A DNA stretch of 63,865 bases, filler included, from Stramenopiles sp. TOSAG23-2 (GCA_900128395.1; 27 parts of 27 records of this genome joined end to end with filler, not necessarily neighbours in it), one strand, 5' to 3'; shown: positions 39,257 through 52,191, counted from the first letter of the whole stretch. Made by a program: numbers and translations. Notes: generated by a model from the sequence alone, not told the origin.

Positions 39257-39670
39257 ATGGAGCCGCCTACCTTGGAAGCAACTGGGGCAGTAAAATTTAT
39301 CGCACAAGAACATATATGCTGTGGAATGTGTGACGAATCATTCATGTTTTGCGGTTGTAAAGGACTAGGTTACGGACTAAATTACATTTACAAAGGATTA
39401 CCATGTCCTTCTCCAAATTCAACTAGGAAACAGCTTATCAAAAGGTGGTGTTGTATTGTTAGCTCGTCCAGGGTAAATACGTTCATGGCAGATTTATGGT
39501 ATCAAAACGAAATAGATAAGTTGGTAAATGCAATGAAAGAAAGGGAAGCTGTATTAAAACAAATGATGGAAGATTTCATTTCAAAAATCTTACCAACTGA
39601 TAGCCGAAAACAAATCTATATTAAATGTCTCGGGCAAAATGCATTGGGACAGCGACCGGCTATACAGTAG
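39257..39670 (+). CDS. Small hypothetical Cys-rich protein
   Basis: 137-aa ORF with aaaATG context and CCGMCDESFMFCGC. Confidence 0.5.
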   Translation: MEPPTLEATGAVKFIAQEHICCGMCDESFMFCGCKGLGYGLNYIYKGLPCPSPNSTRKQLIKRWCCIVSSSRVNTFMADLWYQNEIDKLVNAMKEREAVLKQMMEDFISKILPTDSRKQIYIKCLGQNALGQRPAIQ

Positions 39671-39979
39671 CTTTACTTGATCCCTACACTCAGGTCTCGG
39701 ATCCTCTCTACTTGAAGAATGCAAATATCCAAATTGTCCAAGAAGATAATAATATTGAATGATTGACTGTACATTAATTTATTTCTAAAACAACAATAAT
39801 AAGAATGGGAAATATTATTATATAACATACACGTCATATAATTATTCAAACTGTATGAGCTCTGCTGCAACGAGCTGCATAGGAAACGGACCGCTGCTAC
39901 ACATTTACTCTAATATAAATACCTGTACACACGCAATAAAAAAAAAGGCCGTTCGTTCCACGCACACTACCGCTGCACC

Positions 39980-40165
39980 ATGCGCCTTGTTACCATGTTA
40001 AAGTTTGCCGCCGTTGCCGTTGCCGCTGCCAATGCGCAAAGCGGCCCGATCAATTACCCAGGGTACATTGCTTTCCCGTCTCAAAATATTGGACTATCTG
40101 GTAAAGGAGGGGCAAATCCGGGAACGGATAATATCGGTTGCATCGATCCAACTTCACAATATGGG
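39980..40165 (+). CDS. First exon of a secreted protein
   Basis: Signal peptide MRLVTMLKFAAVAVAAANA. Downstream sequence becomes intron-like, and the 3' boundary is approximate. Confidence 0.5.
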
Positions 40166-40386
40166 AAATGTCAAAGAGAACCCCACAACACCCCATACCA
40201 CACCAAATATTTATTTTTTCACTTCTTTACCCTTGGTCTACGTCCAGGACCTTTCTTTTTTTTCACTAATTTACGTGCTTCTATNNNNNNNNNNNNNNNN
40301 NNNNNNNNNNNNNNNNNNNNNNNNNNNNTTAATTAATTAANNNNNNNNNNNNNNNNNNNNNNNNNNNNNNNNNNNNNNNNNNNNTA

Positions 40387-41198
40387 TTGGAGGAAATGGG
40401 CCCAAATATATCATGCCCAATAACTGTAAAAATGAGAGCTGGATGGACTAGAAACCACCCATCAGCACATAAACTAGTACACAAATTACAGCTTTGGAAT
40501 TCACAATTAAGCAAAGATCCTCTTGGAAGTCCATTGATTAATGGTATTGCAATACATGGACGATCGCGGCTTCAGCGTTGTACAAAAGCAAAAATAGTAA
40601 ATTACCATCAATACCTATTATTGGCAATGGGGATGTGTATAATTATGAAGATTGGGAAAAGAATTTACAAGAAAGTGGTACAGAAACGGTTTTATTAGCT
40701 AGAGGTGTATTGCAAAAACCATGGTTATGCACAGAAATAAAAGAGAAACGTCATTGGGATATTAGTGCTACGGAACGATTGGATATATATAAAAAATTTG
40801 TTCATCATGGCTTAGAACATTGGGGAAGCGACCAACGTGGTGTGAATAAAGTACGTAGATTTTTATTAGAGTGGTTGAGTTTTACATACCGATACATACC
40901 AGTTGGTCTGTTGGAACGAATACCAGTGAAATTAAATGAACGGGCACCTAATTATTATGGACGAAATGATCTTGAAACACTGATGGCATCACCTGATAGT
41001 AGTGATTGGATTAAGATAAGTGAAATATTATTAGGCAAAACCCCTGAAGGTTTTAAATTTGTACCAAAGCATAGAGCAAATGCATATGATGATGCAGCGG
41101 AGCGAGATAATAAGAATAATTATGATGTCAATAATAAGCGTCGTAAAGCAAACAAAAAATGGCGTAATAATAAATTTAAGAAGAAGAAAAGAAGGTGA
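40387..41198 (+). CDS. DUS3L: tRNA-dihydrouridine(47) synthase DUS3, 5' partial, with deletion/frameshift near 40580
   Basis: PITVKMRAG and HGRSRLQR, then in another frame [49 protein letters not shown] and [11 protein letters not shown]. Confidence 0.92.
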
Positions 41199-41617
41199 AT
41201 AATAGATATTTTTTTTAAAAAAAAAGGGAACTTTGAGAAACGTACCTCGACTATACTGTGTATATTTATGTACATATACTCGTAGAAGAGGGAGAGAGCG
41301 TGTAATATGTGAGATTTATTTTTTTTAAAATATTAAATGCGTTAATATTTTTATTTAAATAAAAAGAAATATAATCAATATATTCCTTTTTTTTAAATTT
41401 ATTTACTTCGTACGAAGCCGTATATATTTTAAAACCAATATATAATTTTTATAAAAATATTATACGAGTAATTATATTAATATTACGAACCACGGGGGAA
41501 GTAAAATTATTAAATGATACGAACCTATAACTTAGATTTTAACCACATATAAATATAATGTGTGTAATTTTATACCCCTCGTAATCTGTACATCATATTT
41601 TTTACTAAACAAAACAC

Positions 41618-42349
41618 TTAATCAGACGTAGAAATAGAATTAGATACATGTTTATATGCACAAAATCCACCAAGTAGAAACATAGTGGCACCCATTGCTT
41701 TAAATGCAAATAGACCTTTCTCAAAAGCATCTAAATAATTGTGTAATGTGTTTAAGACTGAATACATACCTTTCACACATTCATCTTTTGTTATTTTTTC
41801 ATCATGATTGATATCAAATATTTTCCATAATGGTTCATACATTTGATTAAAATCTTCTTCCATTTCTTCTTTTATACCAGGTTTATCCTCTTCTGGATTT
41901 TCTGGATCATCAAATGAATACAAACCTAATACAATTTCTTTCCTGATATAACTTCTATGAGTCTCATCCAGCGTTTGTATTTTCCCCCATCCAAGTCCAT
42001 TGATACTTCCATACACACAATCCAAAATTTCATCAAAAAAATCAATTAATCCTTCCTTAAATTCTTCTTGTGATATTTCTCCATTATGATCCGCATCAAA
42101 CCTCTCAAACAAAGTATCTATGAAACCTCCATGTTCTCTCATAAAGTCTTCCATACTACCTATATCTTTTGTCACATCTAAATTTAATTGTTTTAGAAAG
42201 ACAGGCCTTACTATTTGTTTTACTCCTTCTCCTGCAAAAAATGTTCCAATACCAAGTGAAAATGCAGTTGTATAAGATAAAACACTTGCCGTTCCATATA
42301 ATGATGGAGTCACTAAATTGAATATTGTCTCCCCAATGTTATAACTCAT
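41618..42349 (-). CDS. EF-hand calcium-binding membrane protein
   Basis: FDADHNGEISQEEF and FDINHDEKITKDEC loops, with hydrophobic termini. Confidence 0.8.
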   Translation of the reverse strand: MSYNIGETIFNLVTPSLYGTASVLSYTTAFSLGIGTFFAGEGVKQIVRPVFLKQLNLDVTKDIGSMEDFMREHGGFIDTLFERFDADHNGEISQEEFKEGLIDFFDEILDCVYGSINGLGWGKIQTLDETHRSYIRKEIVLGLYSFDDPENPEEDKPGIKEEMEEDFNQMYEPLWKIFDINHDEKITKDECVKGMYSVLNTLHNYLDAFEKGLFAFKAMGATMFLLGGFCAYKHVSNSISTSD

Positions 42350-43762
42350 TGTCAGATTTAGTATGTTGTATTTTTTCTATTTATATATATATATATATTG
42401 ATATATTGCTGCAGATTTATTATTCTGTACTTTTTCTATTTATATATGTATATTATACTGTGTGTATATATAAATATCCTCGTTTCATTCATTTATGTTT
42501 GTCGTATAGTATCTATAATCTATATTGGTATCTCCCAGCAGAATGAATAAGAAGAAGAAGGAGGAAGATCTCCAAAAAAATGCGCGAGGCGTGTTTTCCC
42601 AGTGGTGTGTTCATGTTATTCTCATGTTGAACATAAATAACTAAAAANNNNNNNNNNNNNNNNNNNNNNNNNNNNNNNNNNNNNNNNNNNNTTAATTAAT
42701 TAANNNNNNNNNNNNNNNNNNNNNNNNNNNNNNNNNNNNNNNNNNNNGTGAACGTGAACGAGTATTTTCCTCTTGCTGATCTTGTTGTGCATTATCTTCA
42801 TAAATCGCTTGTTCTTCTTCGTTATTTTGGGACATATTTTGGTTGTAGTATTATTATAATTTGTATTTGAATATATTATATATGTAGTATAATAAAATTT
42901 TTTTTCTAGTTTTAATCAAAATTAAAAAGAAAAAAAATAATACTAAATCGAATATTACAACCAAACACAAAATATATATATATATATATATATCAAGTAT
43001 TTGATAGATTGTATATATATATTATTTGATAGATTATATATATAGTCGTATAAATGATATACTATTCTTCTGAATATTATAACATTCCTACATAATCTCA
43101 CTCACACTTCCTTCTTTCATCTTTCTATCTATATATTTTAAACAATGTATGTTATATTTGCTGGTTTGATTTATTCAATTTATTCTATTCACTGGACCAA
43201 ATATCAATAAGTCCTCCATGCTATTTAGATGCTAATTTTGAAGGGATTTTGAAGATTTTTCCTTGCGCCTCTGGCCTTAAGGCTGGCGATATGATTTCTT
43301 TGGATCGCGTCCATATACACTAACTTTTTGTTTTAAAATAATTAAAACGATACACTATTGATTTTTAAAAATAGCACCTGTATAGCATTAGCCTGGATTT
43401 AGATTAGGATAGTATTTTATGGACACCCTTTGCTGCACCTTCTTTTTTTTTGCACCCTTGCCTGGCTTGCCAGCTTGCCAGGCTTGCCCCTGGCTTAATT
43501 GCACCCTTCTTCCGTCCAGCCTTTTCTATATAGAAGAACGAATATAATTATTGTAACCATTTTTTAAAATAATAATCTTTTTTATGAATAATAATTTAAT
43601 AATAGAAAGTTTTGAAGATAATATGATGTAGAAACAATTAAAGAGCGAACAACCCATAGAAATTTTATCACTTTTCTTGCTTATTTAACTGTATATTGAT
43701 AACGTATTATTCTTTTGTTGGTAGAAGTATTATATATATATATATATCCGGAAAAAGAAATT

Positions 43763-45009
43763 ATGTCAAACTTATCCCAGTTAGATAATATTGAAATGGC
43801 CATGGTGAAAAATCCTATCATCAACAAGGATAGTAGCAACACTATTCCTAACCATCATCATGAACCACATCATCATACAACAAATGCTCCTCCTCGTCGT
43901 CGGCGTAGAAGAGTATCACTAGCACGTGCATTTGTTGGGAATAAAGTCAATTCGATAGGAATGAAATTGAGAAGATTTAAAGAGAATCATCCTGGTATCG
44001 TCTCTATTATTCTAACAGTACATGCTATTGGGAAACTGTTGATTTTTTTTGTTGATATTATTTCTGATACAACTTTAGTATTTGAAATATCGAATAATGA
44101 TGCTGTTCAAGATTACTTTTACATGATGTTATTTTTCTTACTACTTCAATATCTTTTTGGTATGATTGGCTTAAATGTTTATTTTAAAAAAGATCTATAT
44201 CAAAATCCACCAGCACGTTTGAAAGTTGGTGATAAAGTAGAAGCACGGAAGCCACATTGGGGATATGATAGACATCAACCAGGAAATATTATTAAAATTA
44301 ATGATGATGATAATACATATGATATCGAATTTTATGCATGGAGTTATGAGAAACGCGATAGTGTAGTGGAAGATAGAATCATAACACGTGTGAAACAGTT
44401 AGAAATAAAAGATTATGATCAATTGCCAAAAACATTTTACACAAATAAAGATTTGAACATCATTCGTATGAATAATTTTAAAAGATTTATTGGTTTTTTA
44501 TTATCGCCAATATTAGTGATTGTATTTGATGTCTTGATGTTAATATATCGCCCATTGCAAAAATATTTAAATCCAGAAATTATACCATTTATAATCCAAT
44601 ACGACGCACAACGAACACTTGTAGAAGTATGTGTTGAATCAGTTCCCCAGTCGATCATACAATTGTTTTTGTATTTTAGATGCTTAAATGGTGCATGTGG
44701 ATTTCAAGATCAACGTGCATTTTTAAGTACACAAAATATCGTAACCATTTCGTTAATTGTATCTTTCATTTCCATTTTACGATTAATAATAACGGTGTAC
44801 ATCACCATTCAGGCAATGGGGATAACGTTAAAGCAATATATCCATCATTTATTGGAATTAGGGAGTGGTTTAAATTTAGATGCAATCAATGCAAATAGTG
44901 TCAAAACGTTGCGTTTCTTTAATTTAAGTAAAGTGGAAATAAATCAACTTGTCCCTGTTTTGAAAAACAATACATCAGCAGAAGAATTTTATATTGATTG
45001 GGAGAATAT
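43763..45009 (+). CDS. XK-related (Xkr scramblase-like) membrane protein with a Tudor/SH3-like insert, 3' partial
   Basis: FVDIISD and EVCVESVPQSIIQL XK motifs. Insert LKVGDKVEAR...GNIIKINDDDNTYDIEF. LRR-like LKNNTS at the truncated end. Confidence 0.72.
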
Positions 45010-45109
45010 NNNNNNNNNNNNNNNNNNNNNNNNNNNNNNNNNNNNNNNNNNNNTTAATTAATTAANNNNNNNNNNNNNNNNNNNNNNNNNNNNNNNNNNN
45101 NNNNNNNNN

Positions 45110-46467
45110 AGTTCTTGAAATAACGTTGCATAAAATATTGTAAAAACACCTTGTCCAACACCATACAAATACTTTTTAAACCATGATATTTCAATATCTG
45201 TACCACTATATACTTTTTCAACAAATTTGTTTAACAATTCCATTGCATTTTCAGGAATATTTTTCATTAATGCATGTGCTTGATATACTTCCAAACGACT
45301 TCGGTCAGATGGTAAATTTTCCACGAATTTTTTCGCTGTTTCATAGGTAGCAAAATGCTGAGTAAAATCGTCTTCGGTTTTTATACGTTGCATAGCGACG
45401 TCTAAATTTTTGTTGCTCGTTTTCGATACCAATGTGTACATAGCAAGTGTACATATACAAATTTCTTTCATTTTCACCATTTGCATTTCTTTCGTTGGAT
45501 AAAATTTATATATCAAAAGTACTAAACATTTAAATTGGTCGCGATCCTGTTGTTTGAAAAATTTAACTCGTCGATTTTCTAATGCTTTTATGAATTTGTT
45601 ATCACTGTTGTATATCCCTGAAATATTGTCAAAAAAATCATAAAACAATTGGAAACGCGATTCCTTCATTGAATCTTTTTCTTGAATTCTTGCCAATCGT
45701 TGTTTACGTGGTCCTATTCCTTCCTTTCGAATACCACCTAATGCTTTTCCTTTCTGTACCCTTTGTTGTTCAATATATTTTAAAATTTTCAAATCTAAAT
45801 GGGGTTTTTGTAATAACAGAACCGTATTCGTTTGGGCGTTTAATGTGAAAAAATTTCTATAACACACATCCTGTAATTTCTCATATTGACCAGTTCTTAT
45901 TATCATTCCAGTAGTGGCATGTACAAATTTTCCAAAGTTACCAATTACAATCATAAGATCTGTGGTCCATTGATATACTGTGTATCCATCGATACCACCA
46001 GATTCGAAAAAATAAAACAAATTCATATTATTTTTTTTCAATTTACCAGACGAAATCCACAATTGGCATCCAATGTTTGAATCGTATATATTCATTTGCT
46101 TAATACCTGGTGCATTGTTGCCATCAAAATGCCAAAATGCACAATTGAATTTCACGTTACCATTTGGTGACAAAGCTTTAAGAATCATTTTTCGTGTGCC
46201 AAACTTGGACAAAATAGCTCGCACGTTAGTCCACCATGGTCGGGACGTGTGTAACTTTATAGAATTAATATTTGGTGCCCTCAATTGCCGCTGTAGCTCC
46301 TTTCCAGTGTTTTGTAGGCCTTGGTATAAAGAACGTAAATTCCCCCCAAATAATACTAAACGATAGTACATACGAATATAAGACACATACATGTCTTTCA
46401 TGTGAATGAAGCATTGTTTGTATAGATCGCATATATTTTTAACCGTATTTGTACGCATATGGGGCAT
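45110..46467 (-). CDS. Putative divergent TET/JBP-like dioxygenase fused to an HhH-GPD (EndoIII/Nth-like) domain; 3' partial, start uncertain
   Basis: RPWWTNVRAIL...CAFWHFDGNN (HxD, 46123-46131), FVHATT (45919) and YRNFFTL (45856). C-terminal LVSKTSNKNLDVAMQRI...VYSGTDI...LYGVGQG. Confidence 0.55.
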
Positions 46468-47192
46468 AGTTAGCAATGAAATACTTGTATAGTTGTACTG
46501 CAATGTTTATTATTTCAATTATATAATATTTTTATTCTTTATTCATCAAATAATCTAGACGTTCATGTGTTCTATAATTTAATGCAGTATATATATATAT
46601 TAAATTTTCATTTATTTGTTTTTTTAAAACAATCTCATAGCTGAAACAAAAAAAATGATTCGTTTAACTGAGCTATACAATGCTATTTCAATAGTGACAC
46701 TTTGAACCACATTGAACCTGTAACTACAAATATAGACACTAGTAATATTTTTAAGGCAATGCTAAGCATCTAATTTCGTCTGGATCGATATTTGTATATA
46801 TCGATCCAAGATATAATGCTATTTCAATAATACTGGATTATGTTAGAAGACATAGATCTTCCTTTTGGCCAGATCCTTAATAAAAATGTGTGTTGATAGC
46901 AGTTGGAGTATTAAGACTACTATACAAAATTCATATCATGCATTAAAAAATGTCCAAAAAATCATGTTAACATCGGATTAGGATGTGACGGGGTTTTTTT
47001 TTTCCAACACCATATTTCACGATGATTTTCTAGAAATGATTTATTGGTATTAATTGATTTATGAAAATTTAATATTAAATTAATAATAATATATACCATT
47101 TAAGAAACATATAAATACATCAAGAAGAGAGATATACATATATATAATAATAATATATATAAGGAAATATATATATATATATATATTTTCTT

Positions 47193-47225
<33 letters not shown>

Positions 47226-47246
47226 ACCATATATATATATAAAATC

Positions 47247-47371
47247 ATGGCATCCCTTACAACCAATCCACCACATGAGAAACGACGACGATTAAAACGA
47301 TCCACGATTGAAGCGTTAGAAGAAGAACGTGCGGAACCTATTGAAATTGGTATATTAGTTTTACCAGCTGG
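47247..47371 (+). CDS. N-terminus of a multicopy NLS-bearing protein (paralog of 23585)
   Basis: MASLTTNPPHEKRRRLKRSTIEALEEERAEPIEIGILVLPA, open at the contig end. Confidence 0.7.
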
Positions 47372-47471
47372 NNNNNNNNNNNNNNNNNNNNNNNNNNNNN
47401 NNNNNNNNNNNNNNNTTAATTAATTAANNNNNNNNNNNNNNNNNNNNNNNNNNNNNNNNNNNNNNNNNNNN

Positions 47472-49731
47472 CAATAGATGCTATGAATGATTTGTTTTTT
47501 GGTAATAGTGTGCAGCAACAAGCTCCTTCAACGACAGCGCAGGATGCTGTAGTTGAAGAAGAAGAGGAAGAAGATGATGATGATAATGAAGCAGCTGCAT
47601 TGACAATGGCGCTTGCAATGTCGGTCAATTTGAATTCTGATCCAAACATAGCAAATATTTCAAGGACAAATGCTGTGCCTGTAACCGAGACTGAACAGTC
47701 AGTCATGGCCGCTGATGACGAGCAGAAGAAAGGAGAATCATCAAAAATGCAAGTTGGTAGTAATAATACCGTTTTGCAAGATACTGAGGAAAATGATTTT
47801 CGAAAACCGTCGGTGTTAATCGAGTTAATTGATACCGTAAAGGCTAATTCATCTATTGAAGCAGCTGCGTCATGCTCAATAATACAGTTAGTAAAACTTT
47901 TAGCTTCTAATGGATATTCGTTTAAAAATTCAAAAGTAGATCCATCTTCGTTAGTCGGAAAATTAAGGGCGTTGCTTGCACAAATTTTGCGCGGCGAAGT
48001 TAGTAATAATATCAAAGGTTGTGAGAAACCGTTGTCGCGTCTTTTGGTGGAAGAATGCATTACACATTTAATCCAATCGACGCAGCAAGGGAAAAAAGCA
48101 ACAAAAAAATTTGAGTCTCTTCATCCATACTACCAACAAAGCGATTATGGTGGTTCGGTAGGATTTCCAGAGGCAAGGGCCCTGCGTGTAACTTTCCATC
48201 CACAATGTGCAACACAATCACGTGATGCTAGTGCCCTGAAATTTTATTCTGATGAAAATTGCACCCATCAAATTGCTACGTTCTCTGGCAGAACCGGTTG
48301 GCGACCATTCATCGTTGAGGCGGGTAAAGTATATTTTAAATTTTCATCACGGGCTAACGAGGGTAATTATTGGGGTTATCAATTTGAAGTAGCCCCGATC
48401 AATGGTTTGCAATGGGTCAACGAGAAAGAAGTTTTTCATGAAGCATCTTTGGAATGGGCATGCTATGTGTTAGATTTTTTACTGAAAGAAGGACTCGAGT
48501 TGGGCATTGGTGCAGCCGCGCACAAGCCGCAGATTTTTAACGCGTTAGTGCAATATTTATGTTTTCCTGGTGTACCATATAAACGGAAAGTGGTTTCATT
48601 GTTGCTACAATTGTTGCAATCCCCTGAGCTTTTTCCTGAAGGCGAAAGACCAGACCTTGATAGTTTAAAGGGTGTAGGTGCTTTAGTAGTAGAAAGATGT
48701 AAGGCTACCAGCAATTTTAAAGATGCCATGGCACCATCAGCATTGCAGGCTTTAGTAGAGCTTGAAGCAACTAGAAGAAAAGTTGTAAAATATTATTTAG
48801 ATATTGATAAGAACAAAGCTGATACAGGGAAGAAAACTGATGTAGATGCAAACAACAATGGCACGCCTCTTGAAGCTCCTCCAAAATCTGAACAAGAACA
48901 ACTTGCCGATGTTGTATTGAAAAATTTCTCAAAACTTGATCCACCATTCACTCTAAAGCCCGTTGTAGAAAAAACACTGAAAGACAGCGATGCCCCCGAC
49001 GGTATGTTGGAGTTGATGGAATTGATGCAAACATTTCATAGTAGGGAACGGTTTTCTGATGAATTTTACTCCGAGGCATTACTTCAATCAAGGTTGACGA
49101 AAGTCGTTGAAAGCGATCATCCGCATAAGCCCGGAACGACATCGGGTGAAATGAAGTTCATTGGCGCATCAAAGTTAGAAATTGTTTACGATGCCCGTTG
49201 TAGATTGCCTAGGGGATCTTTATTTGAATTACAATATCGTAAATTAGTAAAAAAAGCAGATGGAACAACTTCCGGAGAATGGAAAAAGGCAAATTCAAAT
49301 TACAAAGATAATGTTCAGCAAGTTATAGAGACGGACATGATTAAGTGGAAGATTGTATCCAATACAAGGCCTTCAGATGCACGTTGGGGTATACGAATGC
49401 TTATTCATGCAATAAATGTGGATCCAACTAAAATAAATATCGTATTAAAAGATCACGGTAAAAATGATGTTGAAAACAAAAATGCCATTGAGGGAGATTT
49501 ACTCGATTTGACCACAACGTGGGATCGAAGGGCTGATTTGCGATTGACACAATGGATAAATGGTGCTGCTGATACTGCATCATATAATTCCCCATCCATA
49601 GTTGGATCATTGTACTTGGCTCCACAAGATATTAGACTTAGTAAAAACGAATTGGTGCGGCTAACGGAACTAAACTCGCGGTCTCAGAAGCAGCTAAGCT
49701 TGAGATACTGTTTGCTTAGAAATTTTAACAG
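47472..49731 (+). CDS. Internal fragment of a giant protein with UIM-like and CUB-like domains, probably a HECT E3 ubiquitin ligase
   Basis: LTMALAMS (UIM-like) and two ES.HP...F..A..L...F/Y...C...WG..F CUB-like units. The HECT domain is not in the contig. Confidence 0.6.
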
Positions 49732-49831
49732 NNNNNNNNNNNNNNNNNNNNNNNNNNNNNNNNNNNNNNNNNNNNTTAATTAATTAANNNNNNNNNNNNN
49801 NNNNNNNNNNNNNNNNNNNNNNNNNNNNNNN

Positions 49832-50725
49832 TTCATCATCAGTTGCGTTGACGTTCTCTACAAATTTGTCATTTTTGTTACGAGTTTCCCAACCTAATAC
49901 TTGCTCGTGTTTTTTATCTCTTTCTGTATGCCAAAAAGTATCTCTAATATTTTTTCTTTTTTGTACTAACCTATCCCAATCTTCTTTGCTCATGGAATTT
50001 TTCAGTTTTAAATCATTTTCCTTCCGTCTACGCTCGTAATATTTATACTTCTCCTCTTTCATTTGATCCTGTTTCTTTTTTTGTTCCAACAGCTTTGCTT
50101 TCTTCTTCTTTTCCTTTTCCTCAATAGCTTTTAAACGTTCTTTTTCTACTTCTTTAATTTGACCTTTCAAGTCTTTGACTTGGTTTGCCAATTTATTTGT
50201 CTTTTCCACTAACGGAGGAAGTTTTTTCGTATGGTTCTTTTGCTCTGCCGTTAAATTTCCAATCTTATACTTTTTGTTTTGACGCTTGACATTGAACTCT
50301 TTCTTAATGTTATCTCTTGTAATATTGCGCTTAGTCACATTACGTTCGTTTCGTAAGTGTCTTGAGTTTAATTTACTAACTTCCTGACTATCTAATTGAA
50401 CTATTTCTTGTTCTGTATGTTTTAATAACAATTTCGTATCTTCAATTGTCTCATGTGCCTTTTTTGCAGCTTTAAAAATCGGTCTTGCCTTTGTATGCAC
50501 ACGTTTTAATTGATAACGAATATTGCTAGATTCAACATGATCCCCTAAATCCTTATGTTTCTTTGGAGCTTTTAATATATCTTTCGCCCTTGCACCAAGG
50601 AATACATATGGAGCCTTCCTGCCAACTTTAGCATTCTTATTTAATAAGGAAGAAGATGAATCACCAACTGCAAGACATACATAACATGATATGATAATGC
50701 AAATTGATAAAAGAATCTTCATCAT
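49832..50725 (-). CDS. Secreted coiled-coil protein, 3' partial
   Basis: Signal peptide MMKILLSICIIISCYVCLA and a Lys/Glu-rich coil. Confidence 0.65.
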
Positions 50726-51366
50726 CTTTATATTGACACACAAAATAAAATTACACCACCAAATTGTTGTCCTCAAAGAATAAACTTAAAAAAATATATG
50801 TTCATGTACAAACTATTGTATAAAACATGTTTAACTATGCTTGTATATTTTTATTGATTGTATATAAAATGCTTTGTGATATTATTATTTTTTTGATAGA
50901 AACTTACTGTACTTTTAAATGATATGTGCATAGTAAGACTCTCGATATAGGAAGCATAGATAATAAACTACAACCCCCCTTTTTTTATGTGAAGGAAAAA
51001 GCGAGGTGTTGAGGAAAAACATTCCACATCCTGTAGTTGCGTTTCTTTTTACAACTGAACAGCCAACAGCACACAACAATATTATATTAGATGCTATTTA
51101 AGTGGCATTAAAATAAGCTACAGCTACCAGCTACCAGCTAGCTACCAGTTACCAGTATTAATATAGATAATAATGCATCAGCAGCAGTTAGATCTATTAT
51201 TATTATTATCTCCTCCTATAATAATAGTAATAATAATCGAAACAATAAATTGTGCAAATAACTGATGTAATACTACACAAAATAATAATCAATAATAGCA
51301 ATACAAAAAAACAATCACGATAAACATAAATTTCTATTAGCAAAGAGATTTGCATTAATGTAATCG

Positions 51367-52091
51367 ATGGAACCTAACGATAAAGTCAAATCATCAAATG
51401 CGATGGAGAAGAATACAGAAGAATCAATAAATGACTCACTTCAATTTACACCAATAACAGAGTTTGTGAATAATGACTTACATTTAAACAATTTAAACAA
51501 TATATTTAAAGACATATTTGATACGTTATCATCACAAAATTCTACCATAAAACAATTAAAAAAAGAAAAAGAAATGTCCCGAAAAAAATATGAAAACCAA
51601 AGAGATGCATATACAAATACAATAGATGAATTGAAAAATGAAATTAAAGAATTGAAGAATAATACAATTGAAATGAAAAGTCGTATGGTAACAAGGTCTG
51701 ATTTATTAACTCAAGAAATACGTATGAATAAAACTGCGTCATTAAACGATTTAGATGAAGTTCGAATGTAAGTACTTTTTTTGTTTGTTTTTGTTTACAG
51801 TAATCGTTCACGTAACACTACTACTGCTATTATTATTACTATTATTGTTGTTGTTGTTGTTACTATTACTTCTACCACCACCATTACACCCCTACTATGA
51901 AATAGAATATTCAACACATAATAATTACTAACATTTAATATATGTATTATATTACATATATTAGACAACTATTAGATTATGCTGAAAAAGAAGAAATTAG
52001 TAGAATTGAAGGCATGATTGAAACAATACCAACTAACGAAAGTATTGATAAAAAAATTGAGAAAATGATACAACGTATCATTCAAGTAGAA
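51367..52091 (+). CDS. Coiled-coil protein with intron 51768-51964, 3' partial
   Basis: GTAAGT donor at 51768, TACTAAC branch point near 51926 and TAG acceptor at 51964. Splicing restores the frame (VR-I-QLLDYAEKEE). Confidence 0.75.
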
Positions 52092-52191
52092 NNNNNNNNN
52101 NNNNNNNNNNNNNNNNNNNNNNNNNNNNNNNNNNNTTAATTAATTAANNNNNNNNNNNNNNNNNNNNNNNNNNNNNNNNNNNNNNNNNNNN

